Counted from the first letter of the stretch, positions 1 through 10,596 are shown. The stretch is DNA of 64,000 nucleotides from Actinomycetota bacterium (GCA_023379675.1 JAMCPL010000016.1:34407-98406), one strand, 5' to 3'. Program-made: numbers and translations. The notes: generated by a model not told the origin, from the letters alone.

Positions 1-275
1 ATCGGCACCAGGTCACGCCGGTAGTGGTTCTGTCAAGCAGCAACTGCCGGCGGATGGTTTTCAGGGGTATCTGGTGGGCCTGATTCATTACTGTAATGAT
101 AGATCAGCCGTGCTGGCGCCGGGCCGGGACCGCAACTGGTGTAAATTAATCAGATCGCGATCATTGTTTCCGGTGCATGTCGGGTAAAGCCACCGTCTCG
201 GTAATGACGAGTGGGTATACGCGATGCAGCTTTTCCACGGTAAATGCCATGCTGATGCTTGCCGATGGCTGCTCC

Positions 276-914
276 TCACTTGTGAGATGTTGTATGGGTT
301 GCCGCACTGTGGGATGTGCAGGCGGTGGGTCCCGAGATTGATGACGGGTTGGCATCCAGCACCTGCCATCCATGCGTACCGGCTGGGGTCATCGTGACAG
401 TGGTGGAGAAGTAGCCGGCAGGCGCAACCTGGACATTGCCCTTGACCGCGCTCCATCCGCTGAAAAAGCAGATATTCACCAGGTACCGTGTGGCAGTGCC
501 TGGCTTGGCTGCCTGTTCGGTTATACCTACGTGCTTTGATCGTCGTATTCCGATATAAGTGGGATTCTGTAGCTTGGCTCCCTTGAGATTGGCAAGCTCC
601 TGCTTGACGACGTTTTGGGCGCTTGCCACTAATTCAGGCGCCAGGTAGGCGTTGGAAAGCGACGACATGGGGATGGCTCCTTCTTCGGCTCGGTTTGCCA
701 GGTACAGCGCGTCTTTGGCGTCGAAAACCATATTCGGATGCACCATTCCCACATATACGCCCTTTACCCATCCAGGTCCCGATCTTTGCTTTGGGTTGAA
801 GGCGGCTGGTACTGTCCCAGACAGGGCGAGCTCTCCAGGCGGCCTGGCACATCCCGACAGGGCTATAGTCAGGGTAGCAATGACCGGCCATAAGATGAGC
901 TTGCGTGACATCAC
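276..914 (-). CDS. Hypothetical lipoprotein
   Basis: N-terminal basic residues, hydrophobic stretch and lipobox (IALSG|C); no recognisable domain; co-oriented downstream of lexA. Confidence 0.7.
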   Translation of the reverse strand: MMSRKLILWPVIATLTIALSGCARPPGELALSGTVPAAFNPKQRSGPGWVKGVYVGMVHPNMVFDAKDALYLANRAEEGAIPMSSLSNAYLAPELVASAQNVVKQELANLKGAKLQNPTYIGIRRSKHVGITEQAAKPGTATRYLVNICFFSGWSAVKGNVQVAPAGYFSTTVTMTPAGTHGWQVLDANPSSISGPTACTSHSAATHTTSHK

Positions 915-997
915 CGGAAATCGTGCTAACCGGCTTGCGGATCATAGCCTGGAGCGGCGGTCTTCATTGTTGTACGTTGTCCATTGCCAGTGTAGAA

Positions 998-1702
998 TTA
1001 TTGCAGGCGCCGGAAGACAGCAGTTACTTTACCAAAGATCGTAACATCATCGGGTTTGAGTACGATCGGATACATGGCGGGATTAGCGGGAGATAACGTT
1101 ACGGTACCGCTTTTCAGCGAGTACGTCTTTACGGTGGCTTCCTCACCAGGGATCCCCGCTACCACTACTTCACCATTTTCCGCCGTCTTCTGGCTCCGCA
1201 CGACGACATAATCGCCGTCGAGTATGCCGGCCTCGATCATGGAGTCGCCACGCACCTTGAGCATGAACAACTTTCCGTTGCCAACTAGGCTTGTGGGCAA
1301 CGGAATCGTATCTTCGACTGTTTCTATGGCGAGCACCCCCAGTCCGGCTGCGACGTCACCCACTACGGGAATATTTTGGATTTGCGGTGGATATGCGTCG
1401 GCTGCGGATGTGTCTACTGCAGGCAGAGTGCCGGATCCTCCGTGCTTGTTCCGTAACTGCTTATTGTTGCTGTAGCTGCCGGCCAGATTGTCATGTATCT
1501 TTAAGGCGCGAGGCTTGGTGGGGTCTCGCTCGATGACCCCACCCCGCTGCAACACTTTCAAATGTGCCAGCACCGTGGATGGAGAGTTCAAACTGACGGC
1601 TTCGCCTATCTCACGTATAGAGGGCGGGTAGCCATGACTTTGCAAGTATTCACGGATGAACTCCACTATCTCTGTGCGCTTGGGCGTCATGGGCTGTGCC
1701 AT
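998..1702 (-). CDS. lexA: SOS repressor LexA
   Basis: wHTH (GYPPSIREIGEAV...PRAL), VAAG cleavage site, GDSM catalytic Ser, ATVK catalytic Lys; ATG at 1702 preceded by GGAGG (ORF track start 1834 is probably too far upstream). Confidence 0.96.
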   Translation of the reverse strand: MAQPMTPKRTEIVEFIREYLQSHGYPPSIREIGEAVSLNSPSTVLAHLKVLQRGGVIERDPTKPRALKIHDNLAGSYSNNKQLRNKHGGSGTLPAVDTSAADAYPPQIQNIPVVGDVAAGLGVLAIETVEDTIPLPTSLVGNGKLFMLKVRGDSMIEAGILDGDYVVVRSQKTAENGEVVVAGIPGEEATVKTYSLKSGTVTLSPANPAMYPIVLKPDDVTIFGKVTAVFRRLQ

Positions 1703-1831
1703 TTGGTTGCCTCCTGTTCCAGTCTGCGCCCGACTTCCAGGCGAGCGATCTTCCACCAGGCGGCCCAATGCATCCTGCCAAGGAGCAATTACCACCTCTA
1801 CGGATACATTATCACATGGCACGGCAAGATG

Positions 1832-1870
1832 CAAACATTAGTTCGTTGACATAATCGAACATATGTACTA
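1832..1870. promoter_or_regulatory. Two tandem LexA (SOS) boxes
   Basis: CAAAC-ATTA-GTTCG (1832-1845) and TCGAAC-ATAT-GTACTA (1855-1870) resemble the actinobacterial/Firmicutes CGAAC-N4-GTTCG consensus; located between lexA and the LysM gene. Confidence 0.8.
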
Positions 1871-1874
1871 TAAT
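1846..1874 (+). promoter_or_regulatory. Consensus sigma-70/SigA promoter for the LysM gene
   Basis: Perfect TTGACA (1846-1851), 17 bp spacer, TATAAT (1869-1874), overlapping the second SOS box. Confidence 0.85.
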
Positions 1875-2032
1875 AGTGCATGAGGTAAGAGGAGTCTATG
1901 GGGCTGGCGTGGATAGGACGGGTAGTGGGTTGGTGATACAGGTGTTCGGTATTACTGGTGATGACATGCCATGCATGATTGCTGCAGTGTGGAAATGATA
2001 CACGGGAAGATGGCGAGACAGAAGGAGAAGAG

Positions 2033-2539
2033 ATGGCATTGATGCTGATGGATGCGGGATATGCAGGGTTGGCAAAGCATGAGGATTGCAGGGTCCACAG
2101 GCAGTACGCAGGAGATGGCAACATGACGACATCATATTATGACATGATCTTACAAAGGCCACGGTGGCTGCTGTCGGCCTTGGCGGCCATGGCCCTTACC
2201 GCTGTCGCCATTCTTGTGTTGTCTGCATCGGGCAGTCATCGTCCTCCGGAGCTGAGCCAGGCATGGGTGAGTGGAAGCAATTCGGCTATCTATTTACAGA
2301 AGAGTTCGTCAGAACACGGGCAATACGTTGACGGTGGAGCAACTGCCAGCAACCGTCCCGTCCCGCTGCGTCCAGGGCAGATCTACCAAGTCAAGCGTGG
2401 GGACACTGTATGGGGTATCGCTGTCTCTCTAGATCGAGGGTCGATGTCAAAGGCAAGCAAGATCGCTTCTGAGCTGGAGAAGGAGGCTGGTGGTAACACA
2501 TTGTTCCCTGGCGAGAGCATACGAATACCCAGCGGATAG
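2033..2539 (+). CDS. Membrane-anchored LysM protein, YneA/ChiZ-like SOS cell-division inhibitor
   Basis: TM helix followed by C-terminal LysM (YQVKRGDTVWGIA...LFPGESIRIP); divergent from lexA; start uncertain (2033 or 2123, both with AGGAG). Confidence 0.78.
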   Translation: MALMLMDAGYAGLAKHEDCRVHRQYAGDGNMTTSYYDMILQRPRWLLSALAAMALTAVAILVLSASGSHRPPELSQAWVSGSNSAIYLQKSSSEHGQYVDGGATASNRPVPLRPGQIYQVKRGDTVWGIAVSLDRGSMSKASKIASELEKEAGGNTLFPGESIRIPSG

Positions 2540-2566
2540 TTGGCGAAAATCGTGGTGATTCCCCGG

Positions 2567-2944
2567 TCAGTTGTCTTCCTGCCTGAAGCGATTCTTGAAT
2601 TTGTCTCTCAGATTCGTAATCTTCTTGTTCTCGACTTCTCCGCGGAGAGCCTGGCTTATATCCCTGATCCCTGCTTTACCCATCCTGCGAAGATTCGCCT
2701 CTATAGACACTGCTGATCCGAGCATCACCACAAAACCAAAGAAAGCCAGCGGAACGGAAAACGTGAAAGTGCCGATCACGATACCAAGTCCCAGCAGGAA
2801 AAGTACGATGGACCACTTCAGGTATCTTCCGGCATGGCTATATACCGTCTCCGATTGGACACGGTCGGCAAACTGCGGGTCCTCATTGAAGAGGGCCTGT
2901 TCCAATTCATGAAGTATCCGTTGCTCATGCTCAGAGAGCGGCAT
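2567..2944 (-). CDS. DUF3040 family membrane protein
   Basis: Typical MPLSEHEQRILxELEQAL..EDP.F N-terminus followed by two TM helices. Confidence 0.85.
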   Translation of the reverse strand: MPLSEHEQRILHELEQALFNEDPQFADRVQSETVYSHAGRYLKWSIVLFLLGLGIVIGTFTFSVPLAFFGFVVMLGSAVSIEANLRRMGKAGIRDISQALRGEVENKKITNLRDKFKNRFRQEDN

Positions 2945-3439
2945 GACTACCCCTTTACGACCAATCCTGTTTTCTGTCCATTACCTAATCCCAACTATTA
3001 TTATCGCGCAACCTTCACTAGTTTACAACAGGCCGGTACCTGTTAAAATGGCATCACGAAAGATTTTTTACGGCGTAACTGCCGGGTGACTCGCGCCGGG
3101 TAGCGTAATGGCCAGGCAGCTTACCCATCCGATGGATGGCAACGGACCAGGGATGGCGCAAGTTTGCCGGCATGCACAACAGCGGCATAAGCATTCCAGT
3201 CCAGACTCCCATGAGCGCATAATGGCGAAGCGTGATGCGCGACACAATATATGAGCGGTTGAGCGCAGGCAACAGCGCCGGGTGGCCGGCGAGTGGCTTG
3301 CGTGCCACGAATTTGCTATTATTAGTGTTCGGTCGCCATCAGCGGCGGAACCTTTGAAGGAATGCCTGACCAAGTACCGTCAGTTCTATTCTTTGGGGGT
3401 TTCTATATTCCATCAAGTAACTAGATAGTAGAGAGGTAC

Positions 3440-4981
3440 ATGTCTGTAGAATTGGCCGGATTGCCCGGATTGCATGAAGAAAATGGCTATTCAAGTGGCG
3501 CTTTTGAAGAGCCCTTTACCGGAACGGTTACCGTTCCCGGCATTCCTTTGGGGATTACCGATGAACAGGGCAGGTATGTGCCTAGAAAGATCGCGATGGA
3601 TGATCTTGGTGACGAACAGATCAGCGCCGCCATAGATTCCAGCTTTGTCGAGGTGGAAGAGGGCAACCTTGTGGAGGGAACTGTTGTCAAAGTCGACAGG
3701 GAAGAAGTCCTTGTCGACATCGGTTTCAAATCCGAAGGGGTTATACCGTTACGCGAATTGTCCATACGCAATGACGTATTGCCAGAAGACGTGGTCAAGG
3801 TGGGAGAGAAGATAGAAGCGCTGGTCCTGCAGAAGGAGGACAAGGATGGCAGGCTTGTCCTTTCCAAGAAACGTGCCCAGTACGAGAGAGCATGGTCAAG
3901 GATCGAGGGCATCAAGGCCAGAGACGGTCGTGTCCACGGCATGGTCATAGAAATCGTCAAAGGAGGGCTGATAGTAGACATCGGCTTACGAGGGTTTCTT
4001 CCGGCATCTTTGGTCGATATCCGCCGTATCCGGGAGTTGCATCCCTACTTGGGTCAGGAGATGGAAGCCAAGATCATAGAGCTTGACAGGAACCGGAACA
4101 ACGTGGTTCTTTCCAGGAGAGCACTTATGGAACAGGATCAGCGCGAGCAACGGGTCCATTTTCTGGCTGACCTCAAACCGGGAGATCGGGTGAGAGGCGT
4201 TGTGTCATCAATCGTTCACTTCGGAGTGTTTGTGGATATAGGTGGAATGGACGGCCTCATACACGTTTCAGAACTCTCCTGGAAACACGTAGATCATCCG
4301 TCTGCGATATTGTCCGCCGGCGACGAGATTGAAGTGGAGATACTTGAAGTGGACCCGGACAAGGAACGCATCAGCCTTTCCTTGAAAGCCACCCAGACCG
4401 ATCCGTGGCATGATTTTGGGCTAACGCATCAGGCAGGAGAGCTAGTGTACGGGCGTATTACCAAGCTGGTGCCTTTTGGGGCTTTTGTGCAGGTTGGTGA
4501 TGGCATCGAGGGACTTGTGCATATCTCCGAGATGGCATCCCATCGTGTCGATACGCCAGATCAGGTGGTCAGCGTAGGTGAGGAATTGTGGGTAAAGATC
4601 ACCGATATCGACCCGCAGAAACACCGGATCAGCCTTTCCATCAAGCAGGCTGCCGAAGGCGGTGAAGTGTCCGAGGAGTATCGAGAGGCGTTCGGGGAGC
4701 ACGCCTTCGATGATGAGGGCAATTACATTGGCTACGACTTCACGGAGTTTACCCCCGAAACCGAAGCGCAGGCTGCATGGGCGGATGTGGAGTTTGAAGC
4801 AGGCGACAAGAGCGGAGGCGTCATTCCTACGCCGTCGTTGCCTGTGGGCGAGAACGACATAGAGCACCCTGGGCCGGAAGTAGTGGGAGTATCTGGTGGG
4901 ATACATTTCGCTGGTGAGGATATCCCCGAAGACACGGCCAATATTGATGAGTCGGAGGATCATTCCCCGGCGGGAGAGTGA
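3440..4981 (+). CDS. rpsA: 30S ribosomal protein S1
   Basis: Four S1 repeats (VDIGFKSEGVIP, GFLPASLVD, GLIHVSELSW, GLVHISEM) and an acidic tail. Confidence 0.96.
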   Translation: MSVELAGLPGLHEENGYSSGAFEEPFTGTVTVPGIPLGITDEQGRYVPRKIAMDDLGDEQISAAIDSSFVEVEEGNLVEGTVVKVDREEVLVDIGFKSEGVIPLRELSIRNDVLPEDVVKVGEKIEALVLQKEDKDGRLVLSKKRAQYERAWSRIEGIKARDGRVHGMVIEIVKGGLIVDIGLRGFLPASLVDIRRIRELHPYLGQEMEAKIIELDRNRNNVVLSRRALMEQDQREQRVHFLADLKPGDRVRGVVSSIVHFGVFVDIGGMDGLIHVSELSWKHVDHPSAILSAGDEIEVEILEVDPDKERISLSLKATQTDPWHDFGLTHQAGELVYGRITKLVPFGAFVQVGDGIEGLVHISEMASHRVDTPDQVVSVGEELWVKITDIDPQKHRISLSIKQAAEGGEVSEEYREAFGEHAFDDEGNYIGYDFTEFTPETEAQAAWADVEFEAGDKSGGVIPTPSLPVGENDIEHPGPEVVGVSGGIHFAGEDIPEDTANIDESEDHSPAGE

Positions 4982-5137
4982 ACGGGTGAGAAAGGCTCCA
5001 AAGGTAGCCTTGGATTATCGGCATTTGGAGAGCTGCGTCGAGCATGCGCAACAGTCCGGTGAACTGTTGCGAGCAGGAAAGGCGCAAGCACGTCAACCCG
5101 CCAGGGACGTCATCTGGTCGATGGGAGCGCGTGTCAT

Positions 5138-6934
5138 TTGCGGGATGGGCCGCCAGTGAGCGATACGGCAATTGAGAGCAGTGGCATGGAGGTTGGAACC
5201 GCCGACTTGGCTGCGGATGGTGCGCATGGCCCGGTTGCCGATGACTCCAGCCATGGTAGGAGTGCTGCGATCACCCTGAAGGTTCTGATTGGCTTGGTGG
5301 TTGCCTTTGCAATCCTGTTGCGATTCTGGACGAAGTCCGATCTCTGGCTTGACGAAGCACTGACTGTCAATATCTCCCATCTACCGGTGTCGCAGATTCC
5401 TGCAGCGTTGAAGCGGGATGGTGCTCCTCCATTTTATTACGTGCTTCTCCATTACTGGATGGTGCTATTTGGTACATCCGATCTGGCTGTGCGCTCGTTG
5501 GCAGGTGTTTTCGGCGTTGCCGCACTTCCTGTTGCTTGGGCATGCGGAAAGCGTATAGGGGGCAGGGCGGTGGCATGGGGAGCGCTACTGCTGCTGTCAG
5601 TGTCACCGTTTGCCATCTATTACGATACGGAGGCAAGGATGTACTCGCTGGTGGTGCTACTGACTGGGTTAGGGTTCCTTTCGCTGGACCGCAGCTTGAG
5701 AAGGCCATCTGCCATCAATCTATCCGCTGTAACTTTGATAACTGCTGCACTTCTCTATACGCAATACTGGGCGCTGTACCTGGTTGGAGTGGTAGGGCTG
5801 TGGCTGCTGTACCACGCATTTGCCACTGGCTGGGTTGCAGGCAGGATGGCAAGGCGTAATGGCCGGAATGGCCCTGCCGATGATCGCGATGCCAGAGGGA
5901 TTCTCGCCCGTACAATGGCCAAGCGCTTTCACCGGAATGCTGCGATCGATGCTACAGATTTGGATACGCCGGGGTCCATAAGGCATTTTGCAGCCATGAG
6001 ATATGCACGCCCAAATGTTCTGGCCACCTTTGGCGCCATGGCTGCAGGATCGCTTGCTTTCCTACCCTGGCTGCCCATATTCATTTTCCAGGCTCACCAT
6101 ACGGGAACTCCCTGGATCCGGCCAGCGGGACCTGAGATCATTATCCATGTGCTTGCAGAGATGGGAGGCGGGGTCAGCTTCGGGGGGCGCCTGCTCTTCC
6201 TCATTGTTGTGGCACTTGGCGTGCTGGGACTGTTCGGTACCGCCAAAGGAAGGTTGCACATCGATCTGGACCTTCGCACTAAACCGAGAGGGAGGGCACT
6301 TGCGGCCATCATTGCAGGAACGTTGCTAACTGGGCTTATCGGTGGCTATATAAGTCACAGCGCGTTTGTGAGTAGATACGCGTCGGTGGTCTTTCTACCC
6401 ATCATCCTGCTGAGTGCGGTGGGTCTTCTTGCAATTGCTGATCCGAAGATACGAAATGGGGTACTGGCGATTGCTGTGGCAGGCGGGTTTGCGGCCAGCT
6501 TGCCAAATGTGACCACCAATCGTACCCAGGCAGGAGAGATAGCGGCCACTCTTGCCAAATATGGCAAACCGGGAGACGTAGTAGCCTACTGTCCCGATCA
6601 GCTCGGCCCAGCAGTTGACCGGCTACTGCCGGCTGGGCGCTACTTGCAGACCACTTTTCCGAGGGGTACGGGTCCTGCTTTTGTGAATTGGATTGACTAC
6701 AGAGAAGTGGCAAGCAGAGCTAATCCGGTATCGTTTGCCAACCGCCTCGAATTGATGAGGCACGGTAACAATCAGATATGGGTAGTCTGGGCGCCAGGGT
6801 ATCTTGGGTTTGGAGACAAGTGCCAGCAGATCATACAGCACCTCCAAGACACTCCAACCCTCAGATGGCAGCAGATGGTGGTTACGGGGCCGTACTTCGA
6901 GGGCATGGGTATGTTCAGGTTTGTCCCAAGGTAA
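5138..6934 (+). CDS. GT-C membrane glycosyltransferase (PMT_2/GT39-GT83-like)
   Basis: LWLDEA, D..PP.YY..LH.W and EARMYSL motifs; about 11 TM helices. Confidence 0.8.
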   Translation: MRDGPPVSDTAIESSGMEVGTADLAADGAHGPVADDSSHGRSAAITLKVLIGLVVAFAILLRFWTKSDLWLDEALTVNISHLPVSQIPAALKRDGAPPFYYVLLHYWMVLFGTSDLAVRSLAGVFGVAALPVAWACGKRIGGRAVAWGALLLLSVSPFAIYYDTEARMYSLVVLLTGLGFLSLDRSLRRPSAINLSAVTLITAALLYTQYWALYLVGVVGLWLLYHAFATGWVAGRMARRNGRNGPADDRDARGILARTMAKRFHRNAAIDATDLDTPGSIRHFAAMRYARPNVLATFGAMAAGSLAFLPWLPIFIFQAHHTGTPWIRPAGPEIIIHVLAEMGGGVSFGGRLLFLIVVALGVLGLFGTAKGRLHIDLDLRTKPRGRALAAIIAGTLLTGLIGGYISHSAFVSRYASVVFLPIILLSAVGLLAIADPKIRNGVLAIAVAGGFAASLPNVTTNRTQAGEIAATLAKYGKPGDVVAYCPDQLGPAVDRLLPAGRYLQTTFPRGTGPAFVNWIDYREVASRANPVSFANRLELMRHGNNQIWVVWAPGYLGFGDKCQQIIQHLQDTPTLRWQQMVVTGPYFEGMGMFRFVPR

Positions 6935-7047
6935 ACGACCAACACAGCCGGATTGCCACCGGACCGGTGTAGCAACAGATGATAAGCACCTGACTGGCTT
7001 CCACCTGCGGTATGCTGGGATAGCATGGAAGTGAATATGGGTGGTTT

Positions 7048-8595
7048 GTGGCCACAACCTTGAATAGCGCTCAAGGCCGGGACCCGTTGGATGTGCCGAA
7101 ACTTGTGGTGGCCATTGGCGCTGGACCAGCCGGATTGACTGCAGCATACAGACTACTGCAAGGTGGTGCGAATGTGCTGGTTCTCGAGGCGGACAGCGTC
7201 GTCGGTGGGATCAGCAGGACTGTCCAGCGGGATGGCTGGCGTTTCGATATCGGAGGGCATCGGTTCTTCACCAAGGTGACGGAAGTGGAATCATTCTGGC
7301 ACGAGATTCTTTTAGATAAAGAGTTTCTGGTGCGGCCGCGGATGAGTCGCATATTCTACGACGGAAAGTTCTTCGACTATCCGATCCGACCTGTCAATGC
7401 GCTCAAGAATCTGGGCATGCTTGAAGCCGCCCTCTGTGTGGGGTCGTATGCCTGGGCCCGCATAAAGCCCCCATCTGATCAGGACACTTTTGAGGGATGG
7501 ACAGCATCGCGCTTTGGCTGGAGGCTCTACCGCAAATTCTTCAAGTCGTACACCGAGAAGGTGTGGGGCATGCCCGCAACTGAGATCAGAGCAGACTGGG
7601 CAGCGCAACGGATCAAGAATCTGTCCCTGAGCAAGGCTCTGCTCCAGGCAATTTTCAAGAGGTCTGGCAGGGAAACGGTTACGAGTTTGATAGAGGAGTT
7701 CCAATATCCCAAGTACGGTCCCGGAATGATGTGGGAACGCTGCTGCGAACTTGTAAGGAGCGGCGGTGGTACTGTATTGCTGGACAGTCCCGTGGTCTCC
7801 GTGAGGCATTCCGATGGCTTGGCCACCCATGTCACTTACCGCAGTGATGCCGGCCATATTGACATAGCGCCTGCGCACGAGCCGGAGATGGCCCCTGCAG
7901 ACCGGCCACTTCATACCCGCCCCACTGGTGGCAGCGATTCCCTACGTGAGGTTCAGGTATCGGCGGTCATCTCGTCCATGCCCTTAACGGATCTGGCCAC
8001 TGCCCTCGACCCTTCTCCTCCAGAGGAGGTACTGGCCGCTGCAAGTCGCTTGTCATACAGGGATTTCTTGACGGTGGCTCTCGTAGTGCCCGAATCATGC
8101 GGCTTCCCGGACAACTGGATCTATATCCATGATCCTAATGTGTATGCCGGTCGTATACAGAACTTCGGATCGTGGTCGCCCTGGATGGTAAAGGACGGCC
8201 AAACATGTCTTGGTATGGAATACTTCGTCTCTGAAGGGGATACACTGTGGGAGATGCCGGATGGGGCACTCGTGGAATTGGCAAAGCGCGAGTTGGACAG
8301 CATCGGGCTTGTAAGTGCAGACGTCGTCGAAAACGGGTATGTGGTTCGGATGCCAAAGGCCTACCCCGTATATGACGAGGGATACCAAGAAGCAGTCGAA
8401 ATCATACGGAAGTGGCTGGACATCAATGTCGCAAATGTGTATCCGGTAGGCAGGAACGGGATGCATCGATACAACAACCAGGACCACTCTATGTACACCG
8501 CCATGCTTGCTGTCGAGAACATACTCCAGGGCGCCTCTCATGATGTATGGTCGGTCAATGTCGAGGCTGATTACCACGAAGAGCACAGCAGATGA
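7048..8595 (+). CDS. FAD-dependent oxidoreductase, UDP-galactopyranose mutase/HemY-like superfamily
   Basis: GAGPAG FAD motif, FDIGGHRFFTK, AYPVY, GRNGMHRYNNQDHSM. Confidence 0.8.
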   Translation: MATTLNSAQGRDPLDVPKLVVAIGAGPAGLTAAYRLLQGGANVLVLEADSVVGGISRTVQRDGWRFDIGGHRFFTKVTEVESFWHEILLDKEFLVRPRMSRIFYDGKFFDYPIRPVNALKNLGMLEAALCVGSYAWARIKPPSDQDTFEGWTASRFGWRLYRKFFKSYTEKVWGMPATEIRADWAAQRIKNLSLSKALLQAIFKRSGRETVTSLIEEFQYPKYGPGMMWERCCELVRSGGGTVLLDSPVVSVRHSDGLATHVTYRSDAGHIDIAPAHEPEMAPADRPLHTRPTGGSDSLREVQVSAVISSMPLTDLATALDPSPPEEVLAAASRLSYRDFLTVALVVPESCGFPDNWIYIHDPNVYAGRIQNFGSWSPWMVKDGQTCLGMEYFVSEGDTLWEMPDGALVELAKRELDSIGLVSADVVENGYVVRMPKAYPVYDEGYQEAVEIIRKWLDINVANVYPVGRNGMHRYNNQDHSMYTAMLAVENILQGASHDVWSVNVEADYHEEHSR

Positions 8596-8687
8596 CTATG
8601 GTTACGCAGGCACACCACACGCTGCGTTATGCGCACATTCGGCAACGACATCAGTGTAGCTTGGCATAGAGACCTCGTGCCGACGGA

Positions 8688-9206
8688 TCACCTTGGGCGA
8701 GAGTGGCCCTGCATGTTTACGACTGGGCCATCAAGCTGGAGGATCAGCGATGGTGTCGCTGTAACGATGATGACAAACAGCAAGAACGTCATGATATGTA
8801 CAGACGTACACCATAGGCAGATTGCCCCGACGTCGAACAGTTCGACATAAATGAGGTAGATCACAAAGCACATTCCCACGACAGAAAGCGCCAACCTGGC
8901 CAGGTGTATGTTACGCACAGGAGTGCGCCAAGCGGCTGGAATGCTCAACACCATCATGGAAAGGAAGAAGGGAAGCCCCAGCACCGCCACAGGGATACCG
9001 AAGATGACCGACTGCGGGCTGGTGGTCACCTTCGCACAGTTGATCAGAGACGTGGTGGAACAGACCAGTGGTACCGCTCCCCTGTCATAGTGAGTGAGGG
9101 TCAGGTAGGTGGAGACTCCCGTGCCGATGGCAGCCAGTACAAGACAGGCCATCTGGCGCCACGCCAACCGTATAGGCCTCAGATCATTGGTTGACATGGG
9201 ACTCAC
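8688..9206 (-). CDS. Vitamin K epoxide reductase (VKOR) family disulfide-forming membrane protein
   Basis: Loop Cys pair (C-x7-C..V..S..S.IFGIP) and CLWC active site; 4 TM helices. Confidence 0.92.
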   Translation of the reverse strand: MSPMSTNDLRPIRLAWRQMACLVLAAIGTGVSTYLTLTHYDRGAVPLVCSTTSLINCAKVTTSPQSVIFGIPVAVLGLPFFLSMMVLSIPAAWRTPVRNIHLARLALSVVGMCFVIYLIYVELFDVGAICLWCTSVHIMTFLLFVIIVTATPSLILQLDGPVVNMQGHSRPR

Positions 9207-9260
9207 CTCCTACTTGCATGCAGCGGTGAAGCCAGCGTGCGTAGTACGGGCACCGGATGA

Positions 9261-10460
9261 TCAGCCAAGACCCATACTGCTCTGGGCTGCCTTGACCGGA
9301 GCGCTGGTGCATACCGATGAGGGCTGATCCTTGGTAATCGAGCAGATCGCACCCGTAATGTAGTTAGCGACTCCGATGACAGCCTTGCCAAGCGTAGTAT
9401 TGCCACCCTTCACCTGACTTGCAATCTGGTACCAGTTGAGCCCGGACAAGAGCGCAGGATTATAGCTTGCGCCAGAGATAATTACCTTGTTCCCGATATC
9501 CACAAACGGAAACGGTATAGCACCAGAAGAGGAAGTAGATGTCGCCGGCCCCGTATAGGGTGGACCATCATATTTAGCCACAAGCGCGCTCTCCGTCTTT
9601 GTAGGAGTCATAAGAGTCGTGTAGCCACCACCTGATGCAAGTGGCTTGTTGGTCTCGTACTCCACTGGCACGAAGGACAGGTACGGGCTGGCAAAGCTGG
9701 ACTTGTAGAAGCTGAATGTATTGGTCTGCGGGTAGACATCAATCGCCGACGATGTGGTGATCCGAAGGTGGCTGAATGTCCCGAATCGGCTCAGGGCAAC
9801 CACCATCGGCCAGCGCTCGGTTGCGCAGAAAGGACAGTACTCTGCACCGAAGTAGAACACCTCGGGCTTGCCATTGTCCACAAGCGGAGGCTGGCTCTTA
9901 GTGATCTTTATCGGAGGATTGAAACTTATGGTACTTGACAACGACTTGCTCGGAACCCCAACCGAGTCGAACTCTGACAATGGTATCGTAGTCACATCCT
10001 TCACCACCGATGTAGGTGCAGGTTGCGACGAGGCCGCCTTGGATGAGCTGGAGGATGACCCGCTGAGCTTGACGGCCACCACCACCGCCACGATGACGAT
10101 GACCAAGAACACCGCACCCCACGCCATGAACGCAGTGGACCTCCCGGCACCCCGCCCCTGACCAGACCCACCTGCGACCTGGCGGTTCCTGCCTGCCTTG
10201 GCATCCTGATCCCGGTGCGGCCGGCCACCACTTGACGCATGTCCACCTTCTCGGTAAGTGCCGACACCTCCACCCAAGCGACCAGCTGGCTTGGATGCCT
10301 GCGATGCACGACCCGCACTAGGAGAACCCGATCGAGACGTTGGCTTCCCCCTGGAAGACCCCGATCCGCCAGACCCTATACCGCCCTGCCTGCCACCGGC
10401 TGGCTGGCGGTTGCCCTGGGTGCCCGCGCTCCTTTTCTCTTGCTTGTTCTCATCAGCCAT
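9261..10460 (-). CDS. DUF929 family membrane-anchored thioredoxin-like protein
   Basis: [33 protein letters not shown] signature, later IPFP (cis-Pro), single TM after a basic disordered N-terminus. Confidence 0.85.
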   Translation of the reverse strand: MADENKQEKRSAGTQGNRQPAGGRQGGIGSGGSGSSRGKPTSRSGSPSAGRASQASKPAGRLGGGVGTYREGGHASSGGRPHRDQDAKAGRNRQVAGGSGQGRGAGRSTAFMAWGAVFLVIVIVAVVVAVKLSGSSSSSSKAASSQPAPTSVVKDVTTIPLSEFDSVGVPSKSLSSTISFNPPIKITKSQPPLVDNGKPEVFYFGAEYCPFCATERWPMVVALSRFGTFSHLRITTSSAIDVYPQTNTFSFYKSSFASPYLSFVPVEYETNKPLASGGGYTTLMTPTKTESALVAKYDGPPYTGPATSTSSSGAIPFPFVDIGNKVIISGASYNPALLSGLNWYQIASQVKGGNTTLGKAVIGVANYITGAICSITKDQPSSVCTSAPVKAAQSSMGLG

Positions 10461-10596
10461 GGTCCAAGGTTACCACTCTTTCAGAATCCGCAACAGTGCG
10501 CCTGCATATGCCTGCGTACAGATCAAGGTGACGGCGGTGATGCAGGGGCGGCAGTAGAACAACGGTAGGATGTGGCAATTTGCGGCTACATCCAGT

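Noticed and set aside
1-275. Short - strand ORFs at the window start
   Set aside because: Overlapping, short and motif-free; cannot be supported
3047-3439. Long spacer upstream of rpsA as a riboswitch or ncRNA
   Set aside because: No recognisable conserved RNA motif by eye; the short ORFs there lack support
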